From: an uncultured Gammaproteobacteria bacterium
Lineage (GTDB): Bacteria; Patescibacteriota; Microgenomatia; Levybacterales; GWA1-39-11
Direction: 5' to 3'
Assembly (NCBI GenBank): GCA_964425075.1
Contig: CAYRKM010000002.1
Coordinates: 162,898 to 226,897 of the forward strand
DNA length: 64,000 nt
This document shows, one piece after another, positions 47,577 to 54,870 of this stretch (positions are counted from its first letter, which is position 1; the number at the start of each line of letters is the position of its first letter). The notes beneath the pieces were generated by a model. That model had not been told where the DNA came from. It saw nothing but the letters and a program-made list of their open reading frames with translations, and ran no database searches. The translations under genes were made by a program, and so were the position numbers.

Positions 47577-48323
47577 ATGAAAATACAGGCTGTAAAAACT
47601 CATAAAATAACCGAGGAAGACAAAGATATTTTTAAAATTATCGACAGATATATTTTGCGTCTTGAGGAAAATTCGATTCTTGTAATAACGTCAAAAATTG
47701 TTTCAATTTGTGAAGGAAGAATTGCAGGAATTGACGTAAGCAATAAAGATGAATTAGTAAAACAAGAGTCGGAATATTTCATAGACAAATCGGAAAACGC
47801 GTACGGATTTTATCTCACAATCACTCAAAACCTTCTTATCCCAACCGCAGGAATTGATGAGTCAAATGGTAATGGATATTATATTTTGTGGCCAAAAAAC
47901 CCCCAGGAAACCGCCAATAAAATTCGTGAGCATCTGACAAAAAAATTTAACTTAAAAAATATAGGAGTCATTATTACTGACAGCAAAACCACTCCGCTTC
48001 GCTGGGGAACAACAGGCGCTGCCATTGCACATTCCGGGTTTAACCCATTGATAAACTATATTGGAAAAAAAGATTTGTTTGAAAGAGAACTTAGATTTAC
48101 TCAATCTAACATTTTGGATGGTTTTGCGGCCGCCTCTGTTGCTATTATGGGTGAGGGAGACGAAGCAACTCCTTTAGCAATAATTACCGATATTCCTCGG
48201 ATAGAATTTCAAGATAGAAATCCTACGGAAAAAGAACTTTCTCATCTTCATATCGATCTTGACCATGATGTGTATGGATCTATTTTGAAAAAAGCCCCCT
48301 GGCAAAAGGGTAAAAAGTCTTGA
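47577..48323 (+). CDS. CofE-like (F420-0:gamma-glutamyl ligase family) protein
   Basis: ITSKIVSICEG, AGIDESN, VIITDS...PLR.G, MGEGDE.TP. Confidence 0.85.
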   Translation: MKIQAVKTHKITEEDKDIFKIIDRYILRLEENSILVITSKIVSICEGRIAGIDVSNKDELVKQESEYFIDKSENAYGFYLTITQNLLIPTAGIDESNGNGYYILWPKNPQETANKIREHLTKKFNLKNIGVIITDSKTTPLRWGTTGAAIAHSGFNPLINYIGKKDLFERELRFTQSNILDGFAAASVAIMGEGDEATPLAIITDIPRIEFQDRNPTEKELSHLHIDLDHDVYGSILKKAPWQKGKKS

Positions 48324-48355
48324 CAAGACAATTTATTTTCATGTAATGTATTTTT

Positions 48356-49183
48356 ATGGATCCAAACTTTAAAGAAGGACAACCTCCTGTTCAAAATCCA
48401 GGCCCAATGCCGGATGCTTCACACAATGCCCCTCTTCCACCAAGTTCAGCACCCACACCGCCTGCAGAAAAAAAAGGCTTATTTAGCTGGCTTAAGTTTG
48501 GGGGCGGCAAACCATCATCTCAAGGTGAAAAAATTGTTCCAACAGGACTTGATACTGAAAGTGTAACTGCTATGGGTGCGGTTCGAGAGGAACGAAATGC
48601 AGCCAAAACAGGTGGAGAGCAAGTTGTTACCGAACCCAATCCAGGTCTTACGCCAATTGGGACAACCGCAGCTGAACAACCGCCAACTTTTGGGATTAAT
48701 TCCTTTACTGGCCCAGCTGCTACTCCAACCACAAATTTAGGAAATCAAAGCGGACCTAGAGAAAACGAAAGGCCTCCTGTCACTACTGAACCAAGAGTTA
48801 CTGTTACACCACCTGCACCAACCGAAGCAAAATTAACTGATGCATCATCAGTGGAAGTGGACGCGGCAACAAATCTTTCAAGTCAAAGAGAACTTGAAAC
48901 ACCAGGTTGGGATCCTAAAACTCCAAAATCTCCAACCCCCGGCTTACCAGACACCAAACCAGCTGCCCCGACATCTGGTTCTCTCCCAACAGCTGAAGAA
49001 ACAGTTTCTGTAGCGGAAGATGTCGCAGCCGCAGCTTGGGATAAAACAGAACCAAAAGTACCTGCTGATGCAACTCTGCAACCATTAGGTGTAGGAACGG
49101 CAGCGGGAAACTCTATTGAAACAAGTTCTGGTGATACTAGTGGAAATACCGGTGGAACCTCTGGCGGTGCCCCAACTGTTTAA
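48356..49183 (+). CDS. Pro/Thr/Ala-rich disordered protein
   Basis: Low complexity; KKGLFSWLKF amphipathic motif; TTGACA (48320) promoter. Confidence 0.65.
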   Translation: MDPNFKEGQPPVQNPGPMPDASHNAPLPPSSAPTPPAEKKGLFSWLKFGGGKPSSQGEKIVPTGLDTESVTAMGAVREERNAAKTGGEQVVTEPNPGLTPIGTTAAEQPPTFGINSFTGPAATPTTNLGNQSGPRENERPPVTTEPRVTVTPPAPTEAKLTDASSVEVDAATNLSSQRELETPGWDPKTPKSPTPGLPDTKPAAPTSGSLPTAEETVSVAEDVAAAAWDKTEPKVPADATLQPLGVGTAAGNSIETSSGDTSGNTGGTSGGAPTV

Positions 49184-49191
49184 AATCTTCA

Positions 49192-49227
49192 ACTAAACAC
49201 TAAAAGCTAATTTTCAAACCGCTAAAT
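49192..49227 (+). repeat. RCTAAAC-type heptamer array (degenerate)
   Basis: ACTAAAC ACTAAAA GCTAATT ... GCTAAAT. Confidence 0.6.
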
Positions 49228-49833
49228 TTAGTATTCACGTCGCCCTTCAAGAGCTCGTCCAAGTGTCACTTCATCAGCATATTCTATATCTGCACCTACT
49301 GGTAAACCACGCCCAATCCGGGTTACTTTAATCTGAGGAAATTCTTTTTGTAGTTCCTTTGCAATATACATAGCGGTTGCCTCCCCCTCCATTGTGGGAT
49401 TGGTTGACATAATTATTTCAGTTATTCTATTGTCGTCTCTTAATCTTTTCAAAAGTTGAGGTATGAAGATATCCTCAGGTCCTATCGAATTTAGTGGATC
49501 AATTACTCCATGCAAAACATGATACACACCCTGATATTTTCCACTTCTTTCAAAAGCCACCACATCCAAAGCGTCCTCAACAATACATACCATCGATGTA
49601 TCACGCTGATTATCTCGACACACTTCACATTCTTCCTCGTTACCTATGTTAAAACAAGTAGAGCACATTTTTGTGTTTTTTTTAAGCTCTTCTAATGAAT
49701 TTGCAAATTCATCCAAGTCACTTTGAGGAACATGAAGCAAATAAAATCCAAGTCTTTGCGCTGACTTTGGACCAATTCCTGGAAGCCTTTCAAAACTTTC
49801 AATAACGCGTTCAACTGCTTTTGGAATACGCAT
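49228..49833 (-). CDS. recR: Recombination mediator RecR
   Basis: LPGIGPKSAQR, C4 zinc finger, YHVLHG, EGEATA.YI, EYADE.TL. Confidence 0.97.
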   Translation of the reverse strand: MRIPKAVERVIESFERLPGIGPKSAQRLGFYLLHVPQSDLDEFANSLEELKKNTKMCSTCFNIGNEEECEVCRDNQRDTSMVCIVEDALDVVAFERSGKYQGVYHVLHGVIDPLNSIGPEDIFIPQLLKRLRDDNRITEIIMSTNPTMEGEATAMYIAKELQKEFPQIKVTRIGRGLPVGADIEYADEVTLGRALEGRREY

Positions 49834-49843
49834 AAAGGAGGAC

Positions 49844-50410
49844 TTATACTGTCATTAATTCTTTCTCTTTTAGCTTTTCAACTTCATCAATTTTCTCGGT
49901 AAATTCATCTGTTAACTTTTGAATTTCTTTCTCCCATCTCTCAACTTCGTCTTCTGAAATATGTCCTTCTTTATTGAGTTTGTCTATGTCATTTTTTGCT
50001 TCTTGTCTTACCTGACGAATCATAATTTTTCCATTCTCAGCTTTTTGATGAACTAATTTTACAAATTCCTCTCGTCTCTCCTGAGTCAACGGTGGTATGG
50101 TTACACGAATAAGGTTCCCATCAACTGCAAGCCCCAAACCCATTTGGCTATCGGAAATTCCCCTTTCAATTTCTCCCAAAACGCTTTGGTCAAAAGGAGT
50201 TATAATTATTGTTTGTGGGTCTTGAACATGAATGGTTGAAAGCTCCATAACCTTAAGTCGTGCACTACCTCCATATGCATTTATCACGACACTTTCTACA
50301 AGTTGTGGATTAGCTTTACCAGTCTTAACTGTTCCAAAATCATCCTTAAGCACTTCGAGTGCTTTTTCCATTTTTGACTTTGTTTGTAAGATGATTTGAT
50401 TGCCGTCCAT
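49844..50410 (-). CDS. frr: Ribosome recycling factor
   Basis: TGKANP, AYG, PPLTQERR, ISEDE, KEKELMTV. Confidence 0.95.
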   Translation of the reverse strand: MDGNQIILQTKSKMEKALEVLKDDFGTVKTGKANPQLVESVVINAYGGSARLKVMELSTIHVQDPQTIIITPFDQSVLGEIERGISDSQMGLGLAVDGNLIRVTIPPLTQERREEFVKLVHQKAENGKIMIRQVRQEAKNDIDKLNKEGHISEDEVERWEKEIQKLTDEFTEKIDEVEKLKEKELMTV

Positions 50411-50429
50411 GTTTGTAAAAGATACCAAA

Positions 50430-50460
50430 ACTAAACGCTAAACGCTAGTGGCTAAGCGCT
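50430..50460 (+). repeat. RCTAAAC-type heptamer array
   Basis: ACTAAAC GCTAAAC GCTAGTG GCTAAGC GCT. Confidence 0.8.
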
Positions 50461-50464
50461 GTAT

Positions 50465-51562
50465 TCACGGTAATATACTTTTTCCCTGAATGAGGCGTGT
50501 TACGTCAAGTGCTGTAATTAAGGCCATAAGACCCAAAAGAACTATCAATCCTACACCATGTGCTATCGCCTCATATCTAGGACTTACTTTCTTTCTAGTT
50601 ATCATTTCAATAACCATAAAGAAAAATCTTCCCCCATCAAGAGCCGGAATTGGCAAAATGTTAAGCACTGCTAAATTAAGAGATAAAAGGGCAGCAAACC
50701 ACAATACTGCCGCTACACCCACTTTTACAGCTTCACCTGTGAGCTGCGCAACACCAATTGGCCCTGCTACTCCTTCAGGTTTTGCGCCTGTTGTTGCAAA
50801 ATCCATAACCATTTGACCCAACCCTTGCGCAATTAATAAAGAAAGCTTCCCAGCCTCTAAAGTTCCGTAAAATGGAGCCTCCCACCAAGTGTATTTTTTA
50901 ATTTCAATATTACTTATTGAAACCCCCATGGCTCCCTCGCCTTTTGGAGGGTTCTCTCGAGGAATAAGAGTAACCACACGGCTTTCTCCATTTCTCAAAA
51001 CCGTTATTTCAACCTGCTTTCCTTTATGTTTTTGCGTTTCGGAAATGAAGGTTTCAGGAGTTGTAATATTTGCTCCATTAATTTTTACGATCTGGTCATC
51101 TTTCTTAATACCTGCTTTTTCTGCTGGAGAATTTTTTGCAACTTCGCTTATAGATACTTTCTCTGTGGGAAGTGCAACTCCCTGAGTTGCAAATAGTGAG
51201 GAAATAATAACTACAGCAAGAATAAAATTCATGATAACCCCAGAAGTCACCACCAACATCCGCTGCCACAATGGTCTTGCAAAAAACGCACGACTTATAT
51301 CCCCCGCAACATTTCCTCCTCCACCTATCTTTCCACCACCCGCACTATCCTCTCCATATAACTTCACAAATCCTCCAATTGGAAGCAAATTAACAGAATA
51401 GAGGGTTTCACCAATTTTTTTTCCAAATACTCTTGGGGGGAATCCAATACCAAATTCCTCAACTTTTATACCAAGTTTTTTTGCAGTCAAAAAATGACCC
51501 AATTCATGTATAAGAACCAGGACTGAAAGAACAAGAAGAAAAGAAATTACAGTAAGTATCAT
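50465..51562 (-). CDS. rseP: RIP metalloprotease RseP (M50, PDZ)
   Basis: HELGH, EEFGIGF, LPIGGFV, NILPIPALDGG. Confidence 0.95.
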   Translation of the reverse strand: MILTVISFLLVLSVLVLIHELGHFLTAKKLGIKVEEFGIGFPPRVFGKKIGETLYSVNLLPIGGFVKLYGEDSAGGGKIGGGGNVAGDISRAFFARPLWQRMLVVTSGVIMNFILAVVIISSLFATQGVALPTEKVSISEVAKNSPAEKAGIKKDDQIVKINGANITTPETFISETQKHKGKQVEITVLRNGESRVVTLIPRENPPKGEGAMGVSISNIEIKKYTWWEAPFYGTLEAGKLSLLIAQGLGQMVMDFATTGAKPEGVAGPIGVAQLTGEAVKVGVAAVLWFAALLSLNLAVLNILPIPALDGGRFFFMVIEMITRKKVSPRYEAIAHGVGLIVLLGLMALITALDVTRLIQGKSILP

Positions 51563-51612
51563 CAGCAACTTATTATATTGGAAAACTATAAAAATGGAAA
51601 GTGAGGGAATTG

Positions 51613-51843
51613 CTATTTGCTTGGCTGGGTGGGCTCCTGAGGAGTTATTGACGTCGCTCCGTTCACTGTTGGGTTTGATGCTTCAAAAATGACTTGACTT
51701 TCCACATTAGCAGAATTTGGTGGGATCGGAACAGGATTATGCACAATTCCTCTTGCTTCATCCTGTCTTCTTAGCTTACGCGCATTATCTTGAGCATCCT
51801 TCCTGACTTTGTTGGAACCAGAATCACCTTGGTCTTCCATCAT
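51613..51843 (-). CDS. Small hypothetical protein (ORFan with own promoter)
   Basis: TTGACA-17-CATACT just upstream of the ATG. Confidence 0.5.
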   Translation of the reverse strand: MMEDQGDSGSNKVRKDAQDNARKLRRQDEARGIVHNPVPIPPNSANVESQVIFEASNPTVNGATSITPQEPTQPSK

Positions 51844-51885
51844 TGAAGTTAGTATGTAATATTATTGTAAAACTGTCAAGAGATT

Positions 51886-52338
51886 TTAAATTTCAGATCT
51901 GAGGAATTCTTTGAGGCGAATGTTCTCTCCAACCTTTGCAATTGTTTCTTTAATAAGCTCATCAATTGTCTTTGAACCATCTCTTATGTATTCTTGTTTT
52001 AAAAGACTTTCGTTGTCTTTTGGATTCATTGCTGCCACCTGCATAGCAATTTCATGGGCTAAAGTCTTGAATTCATCTGTTCTTGCCACAAAGTCTGTTT
52101 CACAAAGCAAAGAAACAAGAACTCCAACTTTACCTGTTTGGTGTACATAACTTTCAACTAATCCTTGACCAGTTTCTCTATCAGATTTTTTTGCGGCTTT
52201 TTCAAATCCCTTTTTTCTTAAAATCTCTTCTGCCTTTTTCATATCTCCCTTAGCCTCATCAAGCGCTGTTTTACAATCAGCAAAACCAGCCTGAGTTAGT
52301 TCTCTAAGTTCTTTGATTTGAGATGCTGAAATTGGCAT
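51886..52338 (-). CDS. tsf: Elongation factor Ts (short form)
   Basis: IKELRELT.AG..DCK.AL, LLCETDFVART, GENI. Confidence 0.96.
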   Translation of the reverse strand: MPISASQIKELRELTQAGFADCKTALDEAKGDMKKAEEILRKKGFEKAAKKSDRETGQGLVESYVHQTGKVGVLVSLLCETDFVARTDEFKTLAHEIAMQVAAMNPKDNESLLKQEYIRDGSKTIDELIKETIAKVGENIRLKEFLRSEI

Positions 52339-52350
52339 AGTAATTTAAAA

Positions 52351-53124
52351 TTAAGCTTTTTTTGTTGCGGCTTTTGCGGCAGCTTTTGAAGCCTCTTCGG
52401 CTTCCTTTGCGTCTTTTTTACCTTTGTCCTTAGACCCTTCAAGCCATGCATCGATAAGATATGTAGTTATAAGCTTGATAGAACCTACAGCATCATCATT
52501 TGCAGGAATTGAGTAATTCACTTCAGATGGATCGGCATTTGTATCAGTAATTCCTACTGTTGTAATTCCAACTCTATTTGCTTCTCTTACTGCTGTTTTT
52601 TCGTGATGAGTATCGATAATAAACACAGCACTTGGTGCTTGCTGAAGATCTTTTATTCCTCCGTAGAACATTTTAAGTTTGACAAGTTCCTTTTCGAAAA
52701 GTACAACTTCTCTTTTTGTATATCCGCCGCGATCCTCAGAATTAACAATTTTTTCAAGCTCACTAAGTCTTCTGAAATTTTTCTTAACTTCTTCAAAATT
52801 TGTAATAATTCCACCAATCCAACGAGTTGTTACCATGTGAATTGATAGCGGTGTTACTTCCCTCGCCCTTGTAACTTCTTCCTTTACAATTTGCTGTGCC
52901 TGTCTTTTGGTTCCAACAACTACCAAGCTTCCACCACGGGACGCAAGTTCTTTGATGTATTCTGCAGCCTTAATAAGCCCTTTTTGGGTGTCTTCAAGAT
53001 TGATGATATTTACCCCACTTCGGGCTTCAAAAATGTATCGATTTGCTTTTGGATTTCGGCGATTAACCTGATGTCCAAAATGACAACCTGCTTCCAATAA
53101 TTCTTCAAGAGTTATTTGTCTCAT
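52351..53124 (-). CDS. rpsB: 30S ribosomal protein S2
   Basis: LLEAGCHFGH, VGTK, RWIGG..TN, DTNADP, IPANDD. Confidence 0.97.
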   Translation of the reverse strand: MRQITLEELLEAGCHFGHQVNRRNPKANRYIFEARSGVNIINLEDTQKGLIKAAEYIKELASRGGSLVVVGTKRQAQQIVKEEVTRAREVTPLSIHMVTTRWIGGIITNFEEVKKNFRRLSELEKIVNSEDRGGYTKREVVLFEKELVKLKMFYGGIKDLQQAPSAVFIIDTHHEKTAVREANRVGITTVGITDTNADPSEVNYSIPANDDAVGSIKLITTYLIDAWLEGSKDKGKKDAKEAEEASKAAAKAATKKA

Positions 53125-53145
53125 AATTTATGCTTTGAAACTAAA

Positions 53146-53237
53146 ATCGCTTTTGCGATAGTAATCCTTTTTTCCTCTGTTCTTGTGGCGTTTACAGCCA
53201 GGATGTATTCAAGAACATGTGTAATGAGGGTATTATA
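53146..53237 (-). promoter_or_regulatory. rpsB promoter (-10 TATAAT at 53232-53237) and S2 (t44-like) autoregulatory leader
   Basis: On the - strand: ACACA, stem TGTTCTTG/CAAGAACA, then GAGG, matching the rpsB leader architecture as I recall it; second hairpin ATCGC-AAAA-GCGAT. Confidence 0.55.
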
Positions 53238-53243
53238 CTAAAT

Positions 53244-53271
53244 ATAGTAGAATGTAGCAAGTAGAAGGCAG
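53244..53271 (+). repeat. Left heptamer array flanking the four-helix-bundle gene
   Basis: ATAGTAG AATGTAG CAAGTAG AAGGCAG. Confidence 0.85.
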
Positions 53272-53277
53272 AAAGGT

Positions 53278-53646
53278 ATGAGAATTCAAAACTTCACAGA
53301 CTTAGAAGTATGGAAAAAAGGGCATGAATTGTTTATTCAAATTTATACTGTCACAAAACATTTTCCGAACAGTGAACTTTTCGGATTCACTTCACAATTA
53401 AGGAGAGCCTCTTTGTCTATCACGTCTAATATTGCTGAAGGTTTTGGAAGAAGCTCAAGAAAAGAGAAGGTGCAATTCTATTATATTGCACATGGTTCTC
53501 TACTCGAACTCCAAAACCAGATACTTGCCGCTAAAGATGTCACTCTTATTAAAGAGGAGGAATTTGAACAATTATGGGAACTGACAATTACCGTACAAAA
53601 GTTAATCAATGGCCTCATCCGGAGCATAAAAAACTCATATTCCTAA
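53278..53646 (+). CDS. Four-helix bundle protein (23S rRNA-IVS protein-like, Avd-like fold)
   Basis: FTDLEVWKK, FP.SE.FG.TSQLRRA..SI.SNIAEG.GR, F..IA.GSL.E. Confidence 0.93.
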   Translation: MRIQNFTDLEVWKKGHELFIQIYTVTKHFPNSELFGFTSQLRRASLSITSNIAEGFGRSSRKEKVQFYYIAHGSLLELQNQILAAKDVTLIKEEEFEQLWELTITVQKLINGLIRSIKNSYS

Positions 53647-53654
53647 TTTTCTTA

Positions 53655-53682
53655 CTACATTCTACCTGCTACTTACTACTTT
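53655..53682 (-). repeat. Right (inverted) heptamer array flanking the four-helix-bundle gene
   Basis: CTACATT CTACCTG CTACTTA CTACTTT. Confidence 0.85.
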
Positions 53683-53722
53683 AAAATTGACTTTTGTCAA
53701 TTTCAGTGGCTACACTTAGGAC

Positions 53723-54559
53723 ATGGGACAAAGAAGACGTGGCGGATTTATGTTTTTTAATATTACCTCCTCAGGTAATATGTTCGTTATTACTTTTGTT
53801 TCTTTAGTTGTCATATCAAGCCTACTTCTTGCTCGTGGTTTCTTCCCCAAATCTACTCTAACTGATCCAAAGGATAACACTCAATACGAGCTTGATGATC
53901 AGGAACAAACAGATTCTGCAACGGGTCTTCAGCTTAGAACGCTAAAGCTTAAAGAGTGCAAAAATGCTGTTGCTGTTGATATGCTTTTGGACCGATCAGC
54001 TTCAATGCAAGAACAAAACAAAATGACAAAACTAAAAGAAGCAGCAAATGGATTTACCTCAAATCTAAGCGATAACTCACTTATTGGAATACAATCATTT
54101 AGCTCCACTGGAATTAGTAATGATGTACCCATATCGCTCTATGCAAGCGTCAAACCCCTAGTTGGAAGTGCAATTAACGGCCTTAGACCCTCAGGTGCTA
54201 CACCTACAAAAGACGCCCTCGAATTCACACAAAAAATACTTGCAGATGCTGTCCAAAAATATCCCGGAAAAAATTTTGTATTAATTTTTGTCTCAGATGG
54301 AGCCCCTTGTCCAGGAATCGGATGCCCCGAAGCACCAGGAGCTAACCAGGACCCGGCCCTTTACACACCAAACCCAGCAAGTGAAATAAAAAGTCTTGGG
54401 GTTACAATTTATACAATTGCAATAGGTTCCGACCCACTTAATAGCGTAATGAGCGGTATTGCATCAAGCCCTGACACGATGTTTAGCGCCCCCACAGGAG
54501 CCGAACTTAAGGGAATATATGATAAGATTGCAACACGGCTTTGCAACAAAGTAAACTAA
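53723..54559 (+). CDS. Membrane-anchored vWA domain protein with prepilin-like N-terminus
   Basis: MIDAS DRSASM, GATPT, FVSDG, IYTIAIG; N-terminus RRRGG-FMFF followed by a TM. Confidence 0.8.
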   Translation: MGQRRRGGFMFFNITSSGNMFVITFVSLVVISSLLLARGFFPKSTLTDPKDNTQYELDDQEQTDSATGLQLRTLKLKECKNAVAVDMLLDRSASMQEQNKMTKLKEAANGFTSNLSDNSLIGIQSFSSTGISNDVPISLYASVKPLVGSAINGLRPSGATPTKDALEFTQKILADAVQKYPGKNFVLIFVSDGAPCPGIGCPEAPGANQDPALYTPNPASEIKSLGVTIYTIAIGSDPLNSVMSGIASSPDTMFSAPTGAELKGIYDKIATRLCNKVN

Positions 54560-54563
54560 TTCT

Positions 54564-54800
54564 ATGAATATTCTAAATCAAAAAGGGAATGCTTCAGTTG
54601 TTGTTATTTTTATACTAATTGTAATTTTTAGTATTTACCTTGCAGGAGGTCCTGGTTTGCTTCTTTCCGGGGAAACTCCAAAACCAGAAATTCCTATTTC
54701 AGGCACACTACCAGGCGGCAATGCAAGTCCAATCGCCTCACCATCGGCAAGCCCCATCTCTTCTCTTTCTGCAACCATTGCACCTTCACCAACTAGATAA
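54564..54800 (+). CDS. Small pilin-like protein with Pro/Ser tail
   Basis: MNILNQKG-NASVVVIFILIVIF class III-like signal. Confidence 0.55.
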   Translation: MNILNQKGNASVVVIFILIVIFSIYLAGGPGLLLSGETPKPEIPISGTLPGGNASPIASPSASPISSLSATIAPSPTR

Positions 54801-54824
54801 TTTGCTATTGGTAACGTTTCCCTT

Positions 54825-54859
54825 CTCCCTTCTACTTGCTACTCTCTACTTCCTACTTT
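54825..54859 (-). repeat. Solo CTACNNN heptamer array upstream of glyA
   Basis: CTCCCTT CTACTTG CTACTCT CTACTTC CTACTTT. Confidence 0.8.
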
Positions 54860-54870
54860 ATACTATTCGC

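Noticed and set aside
53278-53646. 23S rRNA intervening sequence or DGR Avd gene
   Set aside because: No rRNA sequence, RT or TR flanks it; only the family/fold resemblance holds.
54640-54870. 77-aa N-terminal extension of GlyA in the ORF track
   Set aside because: It overlaps the 54564-54800 gene and reads through the heptamer array; the ATG at 54871 fits SHMT.
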